A DNA stretch of 63,440 bases, the filler included, from Squatina squatina (lineage: Eukaryota), in assembly GCA_031763465.1 (NCBI GenBank). It is 3 parts of 2 records of this genome, joined end to end, with 100 filler letters (N's around TTAATTAATTAA, not from the genome) between each part and the next. Parts side by side here need not be neighbours in the genome. Positions count along the whole stretch, not along the records: positions 1 to 30,954 come from JARFOE010000004.1; 2 more parts are not named here. One strand, given 5' to 3'. The position numbers were made by a program, and so were the translations under genes. This document shows, piece after piece, positions 12,750 through 24,928 of this stretch. How positions within the stretch are numbered: position 1 is the first letter of the stretch; every line of letters begins with the position of its first letter. The notes beneath the pieces were generated by a model that was given only the letters and a program-made list of their open reading frames with translations, was not told where the DNA came from and searched no databases.

Positions 12750-12984
12750 GTAATGCAACACCCACAAGTGTCTAATGAGGTGGGATCAATGAATTTGCAA
12801 ACAAATGTTCCATTTTTTCTATATGTCGTAAAGTGGCAAGATTCAATGGGACTGATGTACAGCAGCCACAACTCTGCGAGTACACCACATTTAGCCGGAC
12901 TTACACAGGAAGTAGATGCAGCGAAGATAGGCTCCCAAAGATACACTCATGTAGGAGAGCCAGTGTCCGCAACATTTTTTAATT

Positions 12985-13320
12985 CATTCTCTGGATATGG
13001 TTGTCACTGGCATTTATTGTCCATCCCTAGTTGCCATAGTTTGATATAACTGAGTATCTTGCTAGGGGGGAGGTAAGGAGGGCAGTTAAGAGTCAACCTC
13101 GAGTCAGATATAGGTCGGACCAGAAGGTTTCCTTCTCTAAACAGTTAATGAACCAGTTGGATTTTTACAACAATCCGATAGCTTCATGGTAACTTTTACT
13201 GATAGTTTTTTAAATTTCCAGATTTTAAGTGAATACAAATTCTCAAACTGCCATTTGAACTGACAATTGCTGGCTCATTAGTCCAGGTCTCTGGATTAAT
13301 AGTCTAACAACACTACTGTA
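12985..13320 (-). mobile_element. tRNA-derived SINE, same family as 23163-23568
   Basis: Reverse complement shares agactattaatccagagacctggactaatga, catgaagctatcggattgttgtaaaa and atggacaataaatgc blocks with the 23163 copy. Confidence 0.65.
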
Positions 13321-13500
13321 GCCAAATACAGACCCTGGAGTAATGAAGGGGTAGACATAATGGCCAGATGTTTTACCTGGGAACGGGAGGGGGGCCTGGT
13401 AAAGCGTGAGAAACCCAGAAGTCTGGGTGTCCCCAAATGTTANNNNNNNNNNNNNNNNNNNNNNNNNNNNNNNNNNNNNNNNNNNNNNNNNNNNNNNNNN

Positions 13501-13787
13501 TCTAAAATCCACAAATTGCAGTTCAGTGTATGCAAAGTTTAAGAAGCTGTGCAAGAACAAGAAAGATAACTGCAGCATCCCATCTGTAGGACAACAGTGT
13601 CTAACTGCATGGCAAGCATTACAGCACACAAAGCTCGCTAACTGTGGCTGTTCAAGACAGGGAAGACTAAAATGCTTGAGAATACGGACCAGCCTTTCCA
13701 ACAATGCGTGCGTGCTAATTGCACACAAAAATCTAAGTACAAGCAGTGATGAAGGAAGGAAAGAGAATAACCCTGGTGGGGGCAGCA
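13501..13787 (+). CDS. GFRAL: Additional GFRalpha-type cysteine-rich domain exon within GFRAL; 5' end in gap
   Basis: LKSTNCSSVYAKFKKLCKNKKDNCSIPSVGQQCLTAWQALQHTKLANCGCSRQGRLKCLRIRTSLSNNACVLIAHK...; 8 Cys in GFRalpha spacing including CxC. Phase-1 donor |gtacgt at 13788, with an alternative phase-1 |gtgggg at 13776. Confidence 0.8.
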
Positions 13788-13907
13788 GTACGTTTGCATT
13801 AGTTCCTTCTAACACTTTGAACACAGATTCTTTTATGTTTTGAATCTACTATTGATATCTGGGCCTAGTTTATGTACATAGTGTTTTCGCTATTCTTTCT
13901 ATTGCAG

Positions 13908-13979
13908 GTACAGCTGACTTAATGAAGAGCGGAAAATCAACAACAGAGTCCACTGCTCTTGCCAGATATGATAATGAAA
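13908..13979 (+). CDS. GFRAL: Probable GFRAL short linker exon
   Basis: Acceptor tctttctattgcag| and donor |gtaaga; 72 bp, phase 1/1, open (TADLMKSGKSTTESTALARYDNE). Joins the flanking exons in frame. Confidence 0.7.
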
Positions 13980-14893
13980 GTAAGAGACAAAAGAGCCTTT
14001 CCCATCAGGAGCATATATTGACTAATTGGCCCTAAAAGATGCAATTTTACACAGCCTCATAATTACTACAAGAAAATCCCACTAGATGCTCCTAATTTTC
14101 CTTTACTGGAGTGTAACGTCAAGCCTGAATTGCCATTAGCATGTGTCTCTGCCTAACACATCTATGTTTCCTGATGGATGCTATGCAGATGAACTTAAGG
14201 GGCCAGCTATACCACAGCTGGCAGACCAGGGTTGTATTGTTGGCTCCCTCGTCACTGACCAGGGATCACAGCACTTCATACAGAGTTCTGCTCACCAGCT
14301 TCCAATTGTCAGAGTGAAATTCTAATGTTAAGAGAGCTGATGGACTGAGTGTACAATGCTAACATTAAAAACATAGAAAATTAGGTTTAAAATGTTCCCA
14401 GATGGTCCATTGGACTGCCTGGGAACCTTTTAAACTTGGCTTCAAAATGGAGTGCAGTTATTGAGCATTTGGCATAAAACCCAGTTGGTATGAGACTACC
14501 CCTTGGAGAGTCAGGAGCTCACCCTTTTACTAGAACACAGTCAGAATGTCAACCTGGCCTCCAAGTTATACTTCTGCCTTTGTGTTGATGTGCCTCCAAA
14601 ACTATGNNNNNNNNNNNNNNNNNNNNNNNNNNNNNNNNNNNNNNNNNNNNNNNNNNNNNNNNNNNNNNNNNNNNNNNNNNNNNNNNNNNNNNNNNNNNNN
14701 NNNNNNCAGATCAGCCATGATCACGTTGAATGGTGGAACAGGCTCAAGGGGCTGAATGGCCTCCTCCTGGTCCTATGTTCCAACAACATAGAGTTCTTGT
14801 GATGTTCCAGACCTGCAGGTGTAGCTTTATTGTCTTAAACAATGCCTTTTGCATAGTGTGCTCGCTTTCTGACAGTATTCTGTTTGCATTTAG

Positions 14894-15227
14894 AGCAGAA
14901 ACATTCCATGTCTTGCTTGAAAGTAACCGAGCAATGCATTAAGGATCAAAACGTGTGTAACAGGCACTTAACTCCACAGAAGAAGGCTTGTCCTCATGCT
15001 CGTAAACATTGCAACCTCAAAAATTGTCACAGTGCAATTCGATCCTTTTACACAAAAATCTCACCAGACCTTGCTCAGAGGTTAGTGTTCTGTGGGTGCC
15101 ATCCATCCGATGAACTTTGTCTGCAAGCAAAGGAAATCCTTCATAACAATTCCTGTGCCAATCACATGGACACAAAGCCCACATGTCTACATCTGAGAGA
15201 AAAATGCCTCAGCGAAGATGTATGCAG
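14894..15227 (+). CDS. GFRAL: GFRAL exon: domain D2 and start of D3
   Basis: Acceptor gcatttag| and donor |gttagt, phase 1/2. SCLKVTEQCIKDQNVCNRHL...CHSAIRSFYTKISPDLAQRLVFCGCHPSDELCLQAKEILHNNSCANHMDTKPTCLHLREKCLSEDVCR aligns with recalled human CQAAIRFFYQNIPFNIAQMLAFCDCAQSDIPCQQSKEALHSKTCA. Confidence 0.92.
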
Positions 15228-15334
15228 GTTAGTACATTATTTAAAATATTAATATCTGAACAGATCCTTCCAGAATAATGTTGGACTGTCCCAACTCAAC
15301 ACTGATTGTGCTTGGGCCCAAAGCACAAAATGAC

Positions 15335-15435
15335 TTCTGTTTCTCTCTCCACAGTGGCTACTGGGCCTGCTGAGTACTTCCAGCATTTTCTGTTTTTATT
15401 TCAGATTTCCAGCCTCCACAGTATTTTGCTTTTGA
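15335..15435 (+). mobile_element. Penelope terminal-repeat fragment without the ribozyme core
   Basis: ctgtttctctctccacag...cctgctgagtacttccagcattttctgtttttatttcagatttccagc matches 11459-11515 and 42015-42100. Confidence 0.7.
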
Positions 15436-15952
15436 TATTAACTGACATGGGCATCTGATTTCACGGCTCACAGCTTCACCCACACAATATTGTTAAATAA
15501 AATACCAATATGCAGGCTCTAACCTTGGTCTAAAACCAAGCCTCGAAGGAGAAGTCACCAACTTGTTCTGTACATGTCAACCATGGGCTTGGCTCTGGAG
15601 GCTGTAAAAAGGGTTCTGAAACATTTTGTATGCAAAGAAGTGGTAAGTCAGGGTGCTTTGTGGAGCAACCTCGTGGAGTCCGAAATTAGTTGTTTTCATG
15701 CAAATAATATGAATGGGGGCTGAATAAGCTGATATCAGTATGGAAGTGGACCATTAGCATGTGTGCATTTGCCTGCACCATAGTACAGTTTATACTTAGT
15801 TTCTCTGTTACACAGCCTTTTATAAAAAAAGCATTGTCTACTCTGATCCATATTAGTCACAAATATAAATGAACAGATTTTAGTCTGTTAGAAAGCTGCC
15901 TTACGGAGATGTTCCAAAAATGAATTAGGTTTCACTATAGCACCAGGGAGGT

Positions 15953-16417
15953 GAAAGAAAGAAAATACTGGGATTTATGTAGCACCTTTCATGACCACCA
16001 GACGTCTCGAAGCACTCTACAGCCAATGAAGTATTATTTGGAGTGTAGTCCCTGTTGTAATGTAGGAAACGCAGCGGCCAATTTGCGCACAGCAAGCTCC
16101 CACAAACAGCAATGTGATAATAGCCAAATAATCGTTTTTTGTGATGTTGATTGAGGGATAAATATTGGCCAGGATACTGGAGATAACTCCCTGCTCTTCT
16201 TCGAAATAGTGCCATGGAATCTTTTACGTCCACCTGAGAGAGTAGACAGGACCTCGGTTTAACGTCTCATCCGAAAGACGGCACCTCTGACAGTGCAACA
16301 CTCCCTCAGCACTGCACTGGAGTGTCAGCCTATGTGCTCTAGTCCCTGGAGTGGGACTTGAACCCACAACCTCCTGACTCAGAGGCGAGAGCGCTCCCCA
16401 CTGAGCCACGGCTGACC
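15953..16417 (-). mobile_element. Near full-length DeuSINE-type SINE (SacSINE1/AmnSINE1-like)
   Basis: Minus strand has a tRNA-like head (gtggctcagtggg...gggttcaagtccc), central gatgagacgttaaaccgaggtcctgtc...catggcactatttcgaagaagagcaggg domain and a (ttct)n tail. Family name from recall. Confidence 0.8.
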
Positions 16418-17014
16418 CAGAACAGCTATTGTTCTTCCCCAAAACTGTAGTCAACACCTCAGCATAAAAGACATTTTATTCTGATATTTATTTTCCTTCG
16501 CTATCTCTGCAGTTTAGGTTCATTACCTTGGAGCAAATCCATCTTACCAAGGTTACTGGCTGCTTGTTCTCTTCGCTTTAGTCACTTGACCAACACATGA
16601 ATTAAGCATTACTGTTTTGCACTTACTCTTAGAAGGTCTTATGAGATTGAGTTATGGCATCTGCTGAGAACAGAAGGCCTTCAAAAGGATTGATGTATTT
16701 GTAATCGACAGATCAAGGATAGAAGATGCAGCTGAAGGTACGACTGAGTTTAAGGAACAATATACTTTCAGCTCCAGTTATTGATGCCCTTTTCATGAGC
16801 TTCGACACGTCTAGTGTAAATACAGGGTTTGAAGAGACAAAGTCCTTTAACCACAGGCTCAATTTCTCCTTGGGCACACTGGCACGAAAGGGGTNNNNNN
16901 NNNNNNNNNNNNNNNNNNNNNNNNNNNNNNNNNNNNNNNNNNNNNNNNNNNNNNNNNNNNNNNNNNNNNNNNNNNNNNNNNNNNNNNNNNNNNNGTGGGG
17001 TGGGTGTAGGTGGG

Positions 17015-17212
17015 AGTAGCTCCACTTCTCTTCTTTGAATAGCACTTTGGGATCTTTTATGCCCACCCAAGAAGGCAGATCGGTGGCACTTCTCCCTCAG
17101 TACTGCACTGAAGTGCCAGCCTAGATTATGTGTTCAGGTCTCTGGAGCAGGACTTGAATCCCACAACCCTCTGACTCAGATGCACAAGTGTTACACTGTG
17201 CCATGGCTGACA
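17015..17212 (-). mobile_element. Partial, diverged copy of the same SINE
   Basis: Shares tactgcactgaagtgccagcctag, cccacaaccctctgactcaga and atagcactttgggatctttta with 16200-16410. Confidence 0.7.
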
Positions 17213-19544
17213 ACCTGAGGTCAAATGCAGTTCCCATTGCTGCCCCCAACTGATATCGGCTAACTCAGCATTGCAGACTTGATCCCTTCCCTATCTATAT
17301 GACTCAATACCAGACCACATGGTGCACTAGATCATTGAGGGAGTTCTAAACTAAACAATTTTCAAGGGGCTTACGATCATTTGTTTGGCCAACAGCTGGT
17401 AGTCCTTTTAAAAACCACTGGCATCAATTCAGTGCAACACCAACAGCCAAAAGACGACATTTGACGCAGAGCATTTGGTTGATGACTGTGCTGCTGAAGA
17501 TGATAACTTGCATAAACCTGATGATGAAGGTTCAGATTTTAAAATGGTAAAAGTTGCATTCTCTCATCTGGAATTACCAAGGGGCTGGCGGGGTTCGGCG
17601 GGTGGAAGGGGAGGGGGAGCGGGGGAGTAAGCTCTGCTGATTTCCTGCCGGAACATTGTGTGGGGGTCAACACAAACACTGGAGAAATGGTGGAAGCGGC
17701 AGGGTTGCTGAACTTGCGACGGGAAATCATGAGACCTTTATGGAACTTCTACCCCTCTACATTCAAAGCACATAAAATAAGGTTGTTGCATCAGGTGGAT
17801 TGCCAGAGTCATTATTTCCTTTCCCAATAAACCAATAGGAACTCACCTATTCATGTAATTTATATTCAACTAAGTTAATCAATTATTGAAAAAGACATTT
17901 AATGTATAGAATATACATGTGTGCCCAGAAGGGAGTGGAGATCGAATGAATATGTTGCAGTAACTGTGTGATACAACGAATCTCCCATGCCATTGTTCAC
18001 AATAAGTTGGGGAATAGGCTGTAAGAAAAAGGAAAGGAGCATTCCGCCATATAATGCACAATGTATTGTCCTGTTGTGAAAGTGCAGCTGTGTGTAATGA
18101 GGTCTTTGCCTTTAAGGGCACAAGATCTAATTGCTGTAAATTGGAGCATCATAGTGTCAAACAGACACTTACTCTTATTGAAGGTAACTGTTTCTCTGTA
18201 TCCCTGGCCTCCCTCCAATGTCTGAAAAACAGGAAATGAGTGGCTTTCTTTCTTTTTTAATCCGTCACAGTGTGCAACACTGCAGTTTGATAGATGTACA
18301 CGAGATGCAAGAATTTTATTTGTCGACCATTGGATCTGCCACGTGCATTACTCACAGTAAATTAGAGGATTTACTGTTTCATAACAATAGGGATGTTTAT
18401 GCTATTTGGGCATAACACCAGGGCCCTTGATTTACAATGACCGGAATAAGTCTCAAGTTTTTTTTAATTAAATGGGATTCTTAGAAATTTACTGGTGCTT
18501 TGGGGATTGAATCCCAGAACTCTGTTCATTATTCTCTGAAAACTGAGTCGCCTTTATTTTATAAGTATTGCTTTACCTATGTATTTGCGACTTATTCCTT
18601 ACACTTTTTAAAGTTAAGAATACACAAGAGTATCTGCAAGGTGCACCAGTTAGATATCTAGGACGCAAGATTCTTTTTTTATGGAAAAGTGGTATAGTTT
18701 GGCCTAGGGGGCCAGATCCTGGAGCATTTCAGATATACCAGAGTTACACGTGTTCTAAAATATACACTAAGGGGGTCATTTTAACCAGTTGAAGGTAATT
18801 AGAGACTTGTTGTATCACCAGCGTACACTCGAGGATGGACAAGAAAGATCAATAAGTGACTTCCGCAAATGCGCAGAAATAGATGCCCCACTTTTAAACT
18901 TGTACAGTCTAAAGCCAATTTCTAATCCTAACCATGTTTTCTAAATTGGTTCAGCTCTCCAAAGCCAAATTTTGGATCATTAAAATCAGAAACATAAAGT
19001 ATTTGAATCTGACCAACCAGACCACATCTGAAGCAAAAGCCAACTCCAAAGAGCTGAAATTGAATCCTAGTATTTCTATATCCTGTATTCCTTGAACATC
19101 AGGGTCTCAACAGGATGAACGTAGACATATACCCAAGGGATAACTTGAACCAACTTTAATGCACATGGAAAAGTCAGCTTAACTGTTGAACTACAATTAG
19201 CTTTCTTAAAGCTCTTCTCTCTCCCTGCAACATCTCATCGCAGAGAGCTGCATCCCTTCTAACTAGCTGCAATATGCCAACAGCACATTAAGGGTTTAGT
19301 GACTACTCCATAGTTACATCTAATTTATGTTGGAGCAACATTGTGGCAAAGATGGCTGTCAGGTTAATAAAAGGGTTCTAGAAAGCCTGATGGGATATTG
19401 TAGTCCTGTTTGGCAGATCCCAGGGGACAGATCCTCTTGCGCTAGGACTCTGTACAGTTCAAAACCATACAGATCAATGGAGGTCATGAGGCTGCCTTAT
19501 TTCATGCTAGTTTTTATGCTAGAATATATATATATATATACTCA

Positions 19545-19712
19545 TTCAATATATTCAAGGCTGAGATAGACAGATTTTTGAGCAACAGGGGATGGAGAAC
19601 AGGCAGGAAAGTGGAGCTGAGGTCAGGATCAGATCAGCCATGATCTCATTGAATGGCGGAGCAGGCTCGAGGGGGCGAATGGCCGACTCCTGCTCCTAGT
19701 TCTTATGTTCTT
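19545..19712 (+). mobile_element. CR1-like LINE 3' end
   Basis: atattcaaggctgagatagacagattttt...agatcagccatgatctcattgaatggcggagcaggctcgagggg...ctcctgctcctagttcttatgttctt; same tail at 14707, 47310 and 61460. Confidence 0.75.
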
Positions 19713-20620
19713 AAGGCTATTGCACAGATTGATCATTGTGGGGCATGTGGTGAAGGCAGGGTTGATGTGGCGAGTCATGTCGCGAGTTGCTGAAGCTACT
19801 GTTGGCCAGAGTCTGATTGCTTCTCTTGGTGATAATATTGCGAGTGACACTCAGCCACGGGGACAAGGCAATCTGCCAAAAAAAACGATTAAGACCAAAA
19901 CAGGAACAAAGTGGAGGATGAGCCATGGAAGACTGAAGAAATTGGCAGTAAAGTATTCAGAAATATTTTGCTGAATTTTATTGACAGAAGTCTCCATGAA
20001 AAGCTGAGGTCCAACAGGATATATTGAAAAGTAGTGACCAGGTGATACTGAACTACTGTTATAAAAAAGTGCAGATTGTAAGTGGGAGGAAAGACTGAGT
20101 GAGGTAGGGAGTTCCACAGCTCTGAGACTTTCCAAAGCAATGGGTGACACGAGGGGGTGAGATGCACCTTGACTTCAAAGCCAAGAGAATTAATGCAGAT
20201 TGAAGCACAAAAAATATGGGGTAATTAAAAATTAGGAGATCAGAATACTTAATCTGACTCTGTTAAGGACACAGGAGCATTCGGACTGATAAACAGGAAT
20301 AGAAATAGGCTGGGCATTGAGTTACAGTGAGATTGGAATGCTAGAATGCCCAGAAATCATACTGACTGAGAATGCCAACTAAATGTAATTTAGTCACAGT
20401 GGACATGAGACATCAGGAACTAGAGTCAAACCTTCCTACATATAGATTGGTCAAAGCAAATTAGCAACAATGCTAGGGAGGGGGAATTCCTGGAGTGTAT
20501 AAGGGATGGTTTTTTCGACCNNNNNNNNNNNNNNNNNNNNNNNNNNNNNNNNNNNNNNNNNNNNNNNNNNNNNNNNNNNNNNNNNNNNNNNNNNNNNNNN
20601 NNNNNNNNNNNNNNNNNNNN

Positions 20621-21260
20621 TAGGGAGGGAATTCCACAGCTTGGGGCCTAGACAGCTGAAGGCACGGCCACCACTGGTTGAGCGATTAATATCAGGGAAG
20701 CTCAAGAGGCCAAATTTAGAGGAGCACAGCTATCTCGGGGGGTTGTGGGACTGGGAGAGATTACAGAGATAGGGCGAGGCCGTGGAGGGATTTCAAAACA
20801 AGGATGAAAATTTTAGAAATCAAGGTGTTGCTTAACTGGGAGCCAATATAGGTCAACAAGTACAGAGGTGATTGGTGAACGGGACTTGATGTGAGTTAAG
20901 ACACGGGCAGCCGAGTTTTAATGACCTCAAGCTTATGTAGGGTAGAATGTGGGAGGCCAGCCAGGAGTGTGTTGGAATAGTCAAGCCTAGAGGTAACAAA
21001 GGCATGGATGAGGGTTTCAGTAGCAGATGAGCTGAGGCAGGGGTGATGTTATGCAGGTGGAAATAGGAGGTCTTAGTTATAGCGTGGATATGTGGTCAGA
21101 AGCTCACAGCACAAATATGACACCAAGGTTGCGGACAGTCTGGTTCAGCCTCAGACAGATGCTAGGGAGAGGGATGAAGTCAGTGGCTGTGGAACAGTTT
21201 GTGGTGGGGACCAAAGACTTGGCTTGGGTCTTAATATTTAATTGGAAAAAAATTCTGCCA
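20621..21260 (-). mobile_element. L2-type LINE 3' fragment
   Basis: Minus-strand peptides FFQLNIKTQA...LRLNQTVRNLGVIF and GGRAFSCLGPKLWNSLP. Confidence 0.8.
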
Positions 21261-23162
21261 ATGCAGATCTTGCATTGGTTGGCGTATGAAATTGTAATTA
21301 GTGCAGTAAGTGGAGTTCTTTTCAAGAAGGATTCAAACACATCATTCGGGCAGTCTGAAGGGAGCAATTGTCTGCAAACCATGTTCCGAAGTTGGGAGTG
21401 CTAAGTGTTGACACTGGGCGAAGTAATGGAAAAATGTTCCATCTCCAGCACTCACTGATGGCTGCAAAAATTTAAAAGGAAGGAACCATACAGATTTTGG
21501 ATCATAGGAGCATCATAATTGGACATAGAAATGCAACTTTCCATCTAAATTTTGCCGATTTAACTTCAAATTGGCTTCAGACCAATTATACACAGTCTGA
21601 TGTATAAGTAGATAACTGTGCAATATTTAAATAAAACAGTCTAGTGGCAATCATCTGTGGTGCATGAAGAGAATCGTGGTTGGAATCAATGCTACTAAAT
21701 GAACTATGCAGCCATTTTAGTTTCAAAGTGTTTTCCTCAAAAAAAAAAATGTGGTCCATTTTCTCAAGTGAATGACTGGAGCTAAGTATTTAGTCGATGT
21801 TTCTATTGTTACCTGTTGGATGAGGAAGAAAGGGGAGAGGCATCATGGTCATGAACAGGAACCTGCTGAGTGGCTTTCATTCTCAATCGAAGTGTGCCAA
21901 TGGTGCTCTTGAGTTGTTGAGTGGGTGAGCATTTGTGTCACACCACCTCCCCTTCACCTACGGCCCTAAGCAGAGCTGTTAGACTGGTCTCTGAGCCCCA
22001 TTTCGCAGCCTGCTGCGCTGAGCTGCTGTTGGATACTGGACTCGAGACAAAAGAGAGAGAAGATGAAAAGCTTAACAGAGGGGGGGGAAAAAAGTACAAT
22101 TTTTAAAATAAAAACAGATGGAGTTTCTTTATGGTAGGTCTGGGAAGTCAATGCTTAAACTGGCAGTGAACAAAAAAAATAATAATGAGTCACCTTTCAA
22201 CAGAGGAACTCGCCTTCTGGGACTAATTGGGTCAATTCAGCAATATTCCACTTCTGGAAAAGTGTCACTTGAAGCATAACCTGGCTTTCGATCACAGCTN
22301 NNNNNNNNNNNNNNNNNNNNNNNNNNNNNNNNNNNNNNNNNNNNNNNNNNNNNNNNNNNNNNNNNNNNNNNNNNNNNNNNNNNNNNNNNNNNNNNNNNNN
22401 NNNNNNNNNNNNNNNNNNNNNNNNNNNNNNNNNNNNNNNNNNNNNNNNNNNNNNNNNNNNNNNNNNNNNNNNNNNNNNNNNNNNNNNNNNNNNNNNNNNN
22501 NNNNNNNNNNNNNNNNNNNNNNNNNNNNNNNNNNNNNNNNNNNNNNNNNNNNNNNNNNNNNNNNNNNNNNNNNNNNNNNNNNNNNNNNNNNNNNNNNNNN
22601 NNNNNNNNNNNNNNNNNNNNNNNNNNNNNNNNNNNNNNNNNNNNNNNNNNNNNNNNNNNNNNNNNNNNNNNNNNNNNNNNNNNNNNNNNNNNNNNNNNNN
22701 NNNNNNNNNNNNNNNNNNNNNNNNNNNNNNNNNNNNNNNNNNNNNNNNNNNNNNNNNNNNNNNNNNNNNNNNNNNNNNNNNNNNNNNNNNNNNNNNNNNN
22801 NNNNNNNNNNNNNNNNNNNNNNNNNNNNNNNNNNNNNNNNNNNNNNNNNNNNNNNNNNNNNNNNNNNNNNNNNNNNNNNNNNNNNNNNNNNNNNNNNNNN
22901 NNNNNNNNNNNNNNNNNNNNNNNNNNNNNNNNNNNNNNNNNNNNNNNNNNNNNNNNNNNNNNNNNNNNNNNNNNNNNNNNNNNNNNNNNNNNNNNNNNNN
23001 NNNNNNNNNNNNNNNNNNNNNNNNNNNNNNNNNNNNNNNNNNNNNNNNNNNNNNNNNNNNNNNNNNNNNNNNNNNNNNNNNNNNNNNNNNNNNNNNNNNN
23101 NNNNNNNNNNNNNNNNNNNNNNNNNNNNNNNNNNNNNNNTTTGCTCTACCTAACGGGATAAG

Positions 23163-23568
23163 GTAGCATAGAGGTTATGTTGCTGGACTAGTAATCCAGA
23201 GGGCTGCACTAGTGATCTGGTGACAAAAGTTTAAATCCCACCACTGGGGAATTTGAATTAAATTAAATAAATCTGGATTAAAAATCTAGTATCAGTAATG
23301 GCAACCATGAAACTATCGCATTGCCGTAAAACCCCATTTGGTTCACTAATGTGCTTTAGGGAAGGATATCTACTGTCCTTACCCAGTCTGTGACTCCAGG
23401 CCCACAGCAATGTAATTGACTCTGAGCTGCCCTCTGAAATGGCCTCACAAACCACTCAGTTATATTCAAGAAGGCAGCTCACCACCAACTTCTTGTGGGC
23501 AATTAGGGATGGGCAATAAATGCTGGCCTTGCCAGCAATGCCCACATACCAGGAATGAATTAAAAAAA
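23163..23568 (+). mobile_element. tRNA-derived SINE
   Basis: tRNA-like head tagcatagaggttatgttgctggactagtaatccagag...aaatcccacca and tail gggatgggcaataaatgctggccttgccagc...gaatgaattaaaaaaa. Confidence 0.7.
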
Positions 23569-24820
23569 ACTACCCAGGACAGGTATGCCCAGTGCCGCCC
23601 CCAGTAAACTCAACTACCTCAGCATCAACTAAACCTTATACCTGGAACCTTCTCTTGACTTCTGTGGCAAGAGGCTTTTGCCATTTAATCAATTTTCAAA
23701 AGAAATGTTCATTTATTATTTTACTGACCTAATTTGTCTAATAGTGGTTCAAAACAGCAGAAACATTTGTTTGATTGTGTTTGAATGACATATCATCGTA
23801 TTAGATGACTAACAGCTTCAGTGCAGGGTAATAACAGTGAAAGTGATGTGTCGCTAAGGTGACTGAGTGCTGCCGCATTATCCACACAATATTTTTCCAC
23901 ATAGCCAGATTAGAAAGCTTGATAAAAGCTAAATAATCATTCTCAAATGGTTTTAAATGAATACTTCGAACAAAGTCAACCCCACAATACAAAGACAGAC
24001 TAACACATTCTGTTGACTGATGCTTTCAATCTGGTTTGGTACGATCTATTGAGTACAGCAAACACTGAGGGGATAAAATGTTCCCCTTTGTGCTCATGGA
24101 AAAAAGTCTCACATTACACTTTAATGCTTAATATGTTTCTCAATACCTCAGGAATACTGCAATTGATGTGTTAGGCAGAACTCTGGTTTGTATTATACTT
24201 GATGCCAGGTATGTAGATTGGCCAGCAGTGTTTTACAGATGGTGGTTTATGACTAGCATGTGCTACTGCTGAAATAACAAGCTCCTCATATCATCTGCTC
24301 AACATTGTAGGCACATTACCTGACCACAGACCCATTCTACCTCAACTTGCTTACAATTCATTTTGACATTCACATGTTCCAAATAATTCCCAAGAAAAAC
24401 ACGATTTGAATGGCACGCTCACCAGGGAACAACCACTGCATGAATAATAAACTGCTTTCTGCGTTGGACAGTTAACTGCATTAATAGCGATGCAAGTAAA
24501 TACGGCGCAAGCCACATTCATTGACACCGTTATCTGAAAGTTCCACTGCCAATTGCTGCTGCTTTATATTTTTTAATATATTTTTTTTCAATTCTTGCAA
24601 ATGTCATTTTGTTGTATATACCATTTCCTGGTTGAAGGAGTATATAAGTAACATGCCCCCAGGCCTCAACCAATGCTGCTCTTCATCCCATTGCTAAGAG
24701 GGGTGGGGGTGGGGTGGACAAGGAGAGAAGCGGGAGTGGAAAAAAGGTATTCCTGGGCGATTCTCACTTTGATTTCTCCTCCATTCTGTGCCGCCTGAGT
24801 TAGCACAACGAAACTCAACT

Positions 24821-24928
24821 GGGGTAGATTTTGAAGTCAACGGAAATAAAATTCGGGAGAAATGTAAAATGGGCTGCTGACTCACTGTCATCCATTTTAC
24901 ACTATTGCACAATGTCAAGATCTACCCC
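24821..24928. mobile_element. Short MITE-like element with GGGGTAGAT terminal inverted repeats
   Basis: ggggtagat at the start and atctacccc at the end, with internal inverted tgtaaaatgg / ccattttaca. Confidence 0.6.

Noticed and set aside
16350-16415. tRNA gene (A and B boxes)
   Set aside because: It is the tRNA-derived head of a SINE and continues into SINE body sequence.
17396-17546. Possible further GFRAL exon
   Set aside because: No frame shows the D3 cysteine pattern or a convincing transmembrane segment.
17997-18218. Minus-strand peptide YMAECSFPF resembling BMP5 YCDGECSFPL
   Set aside because: Flanking BMP residues (WIIAPEGY, NATNHAIVQTL) are absent and no fitting splice structure was found; chance match.
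22227-23153. 308-aa ORF and other X-filled ORFs in the track
   Set aside because: Read-through across N gaps.
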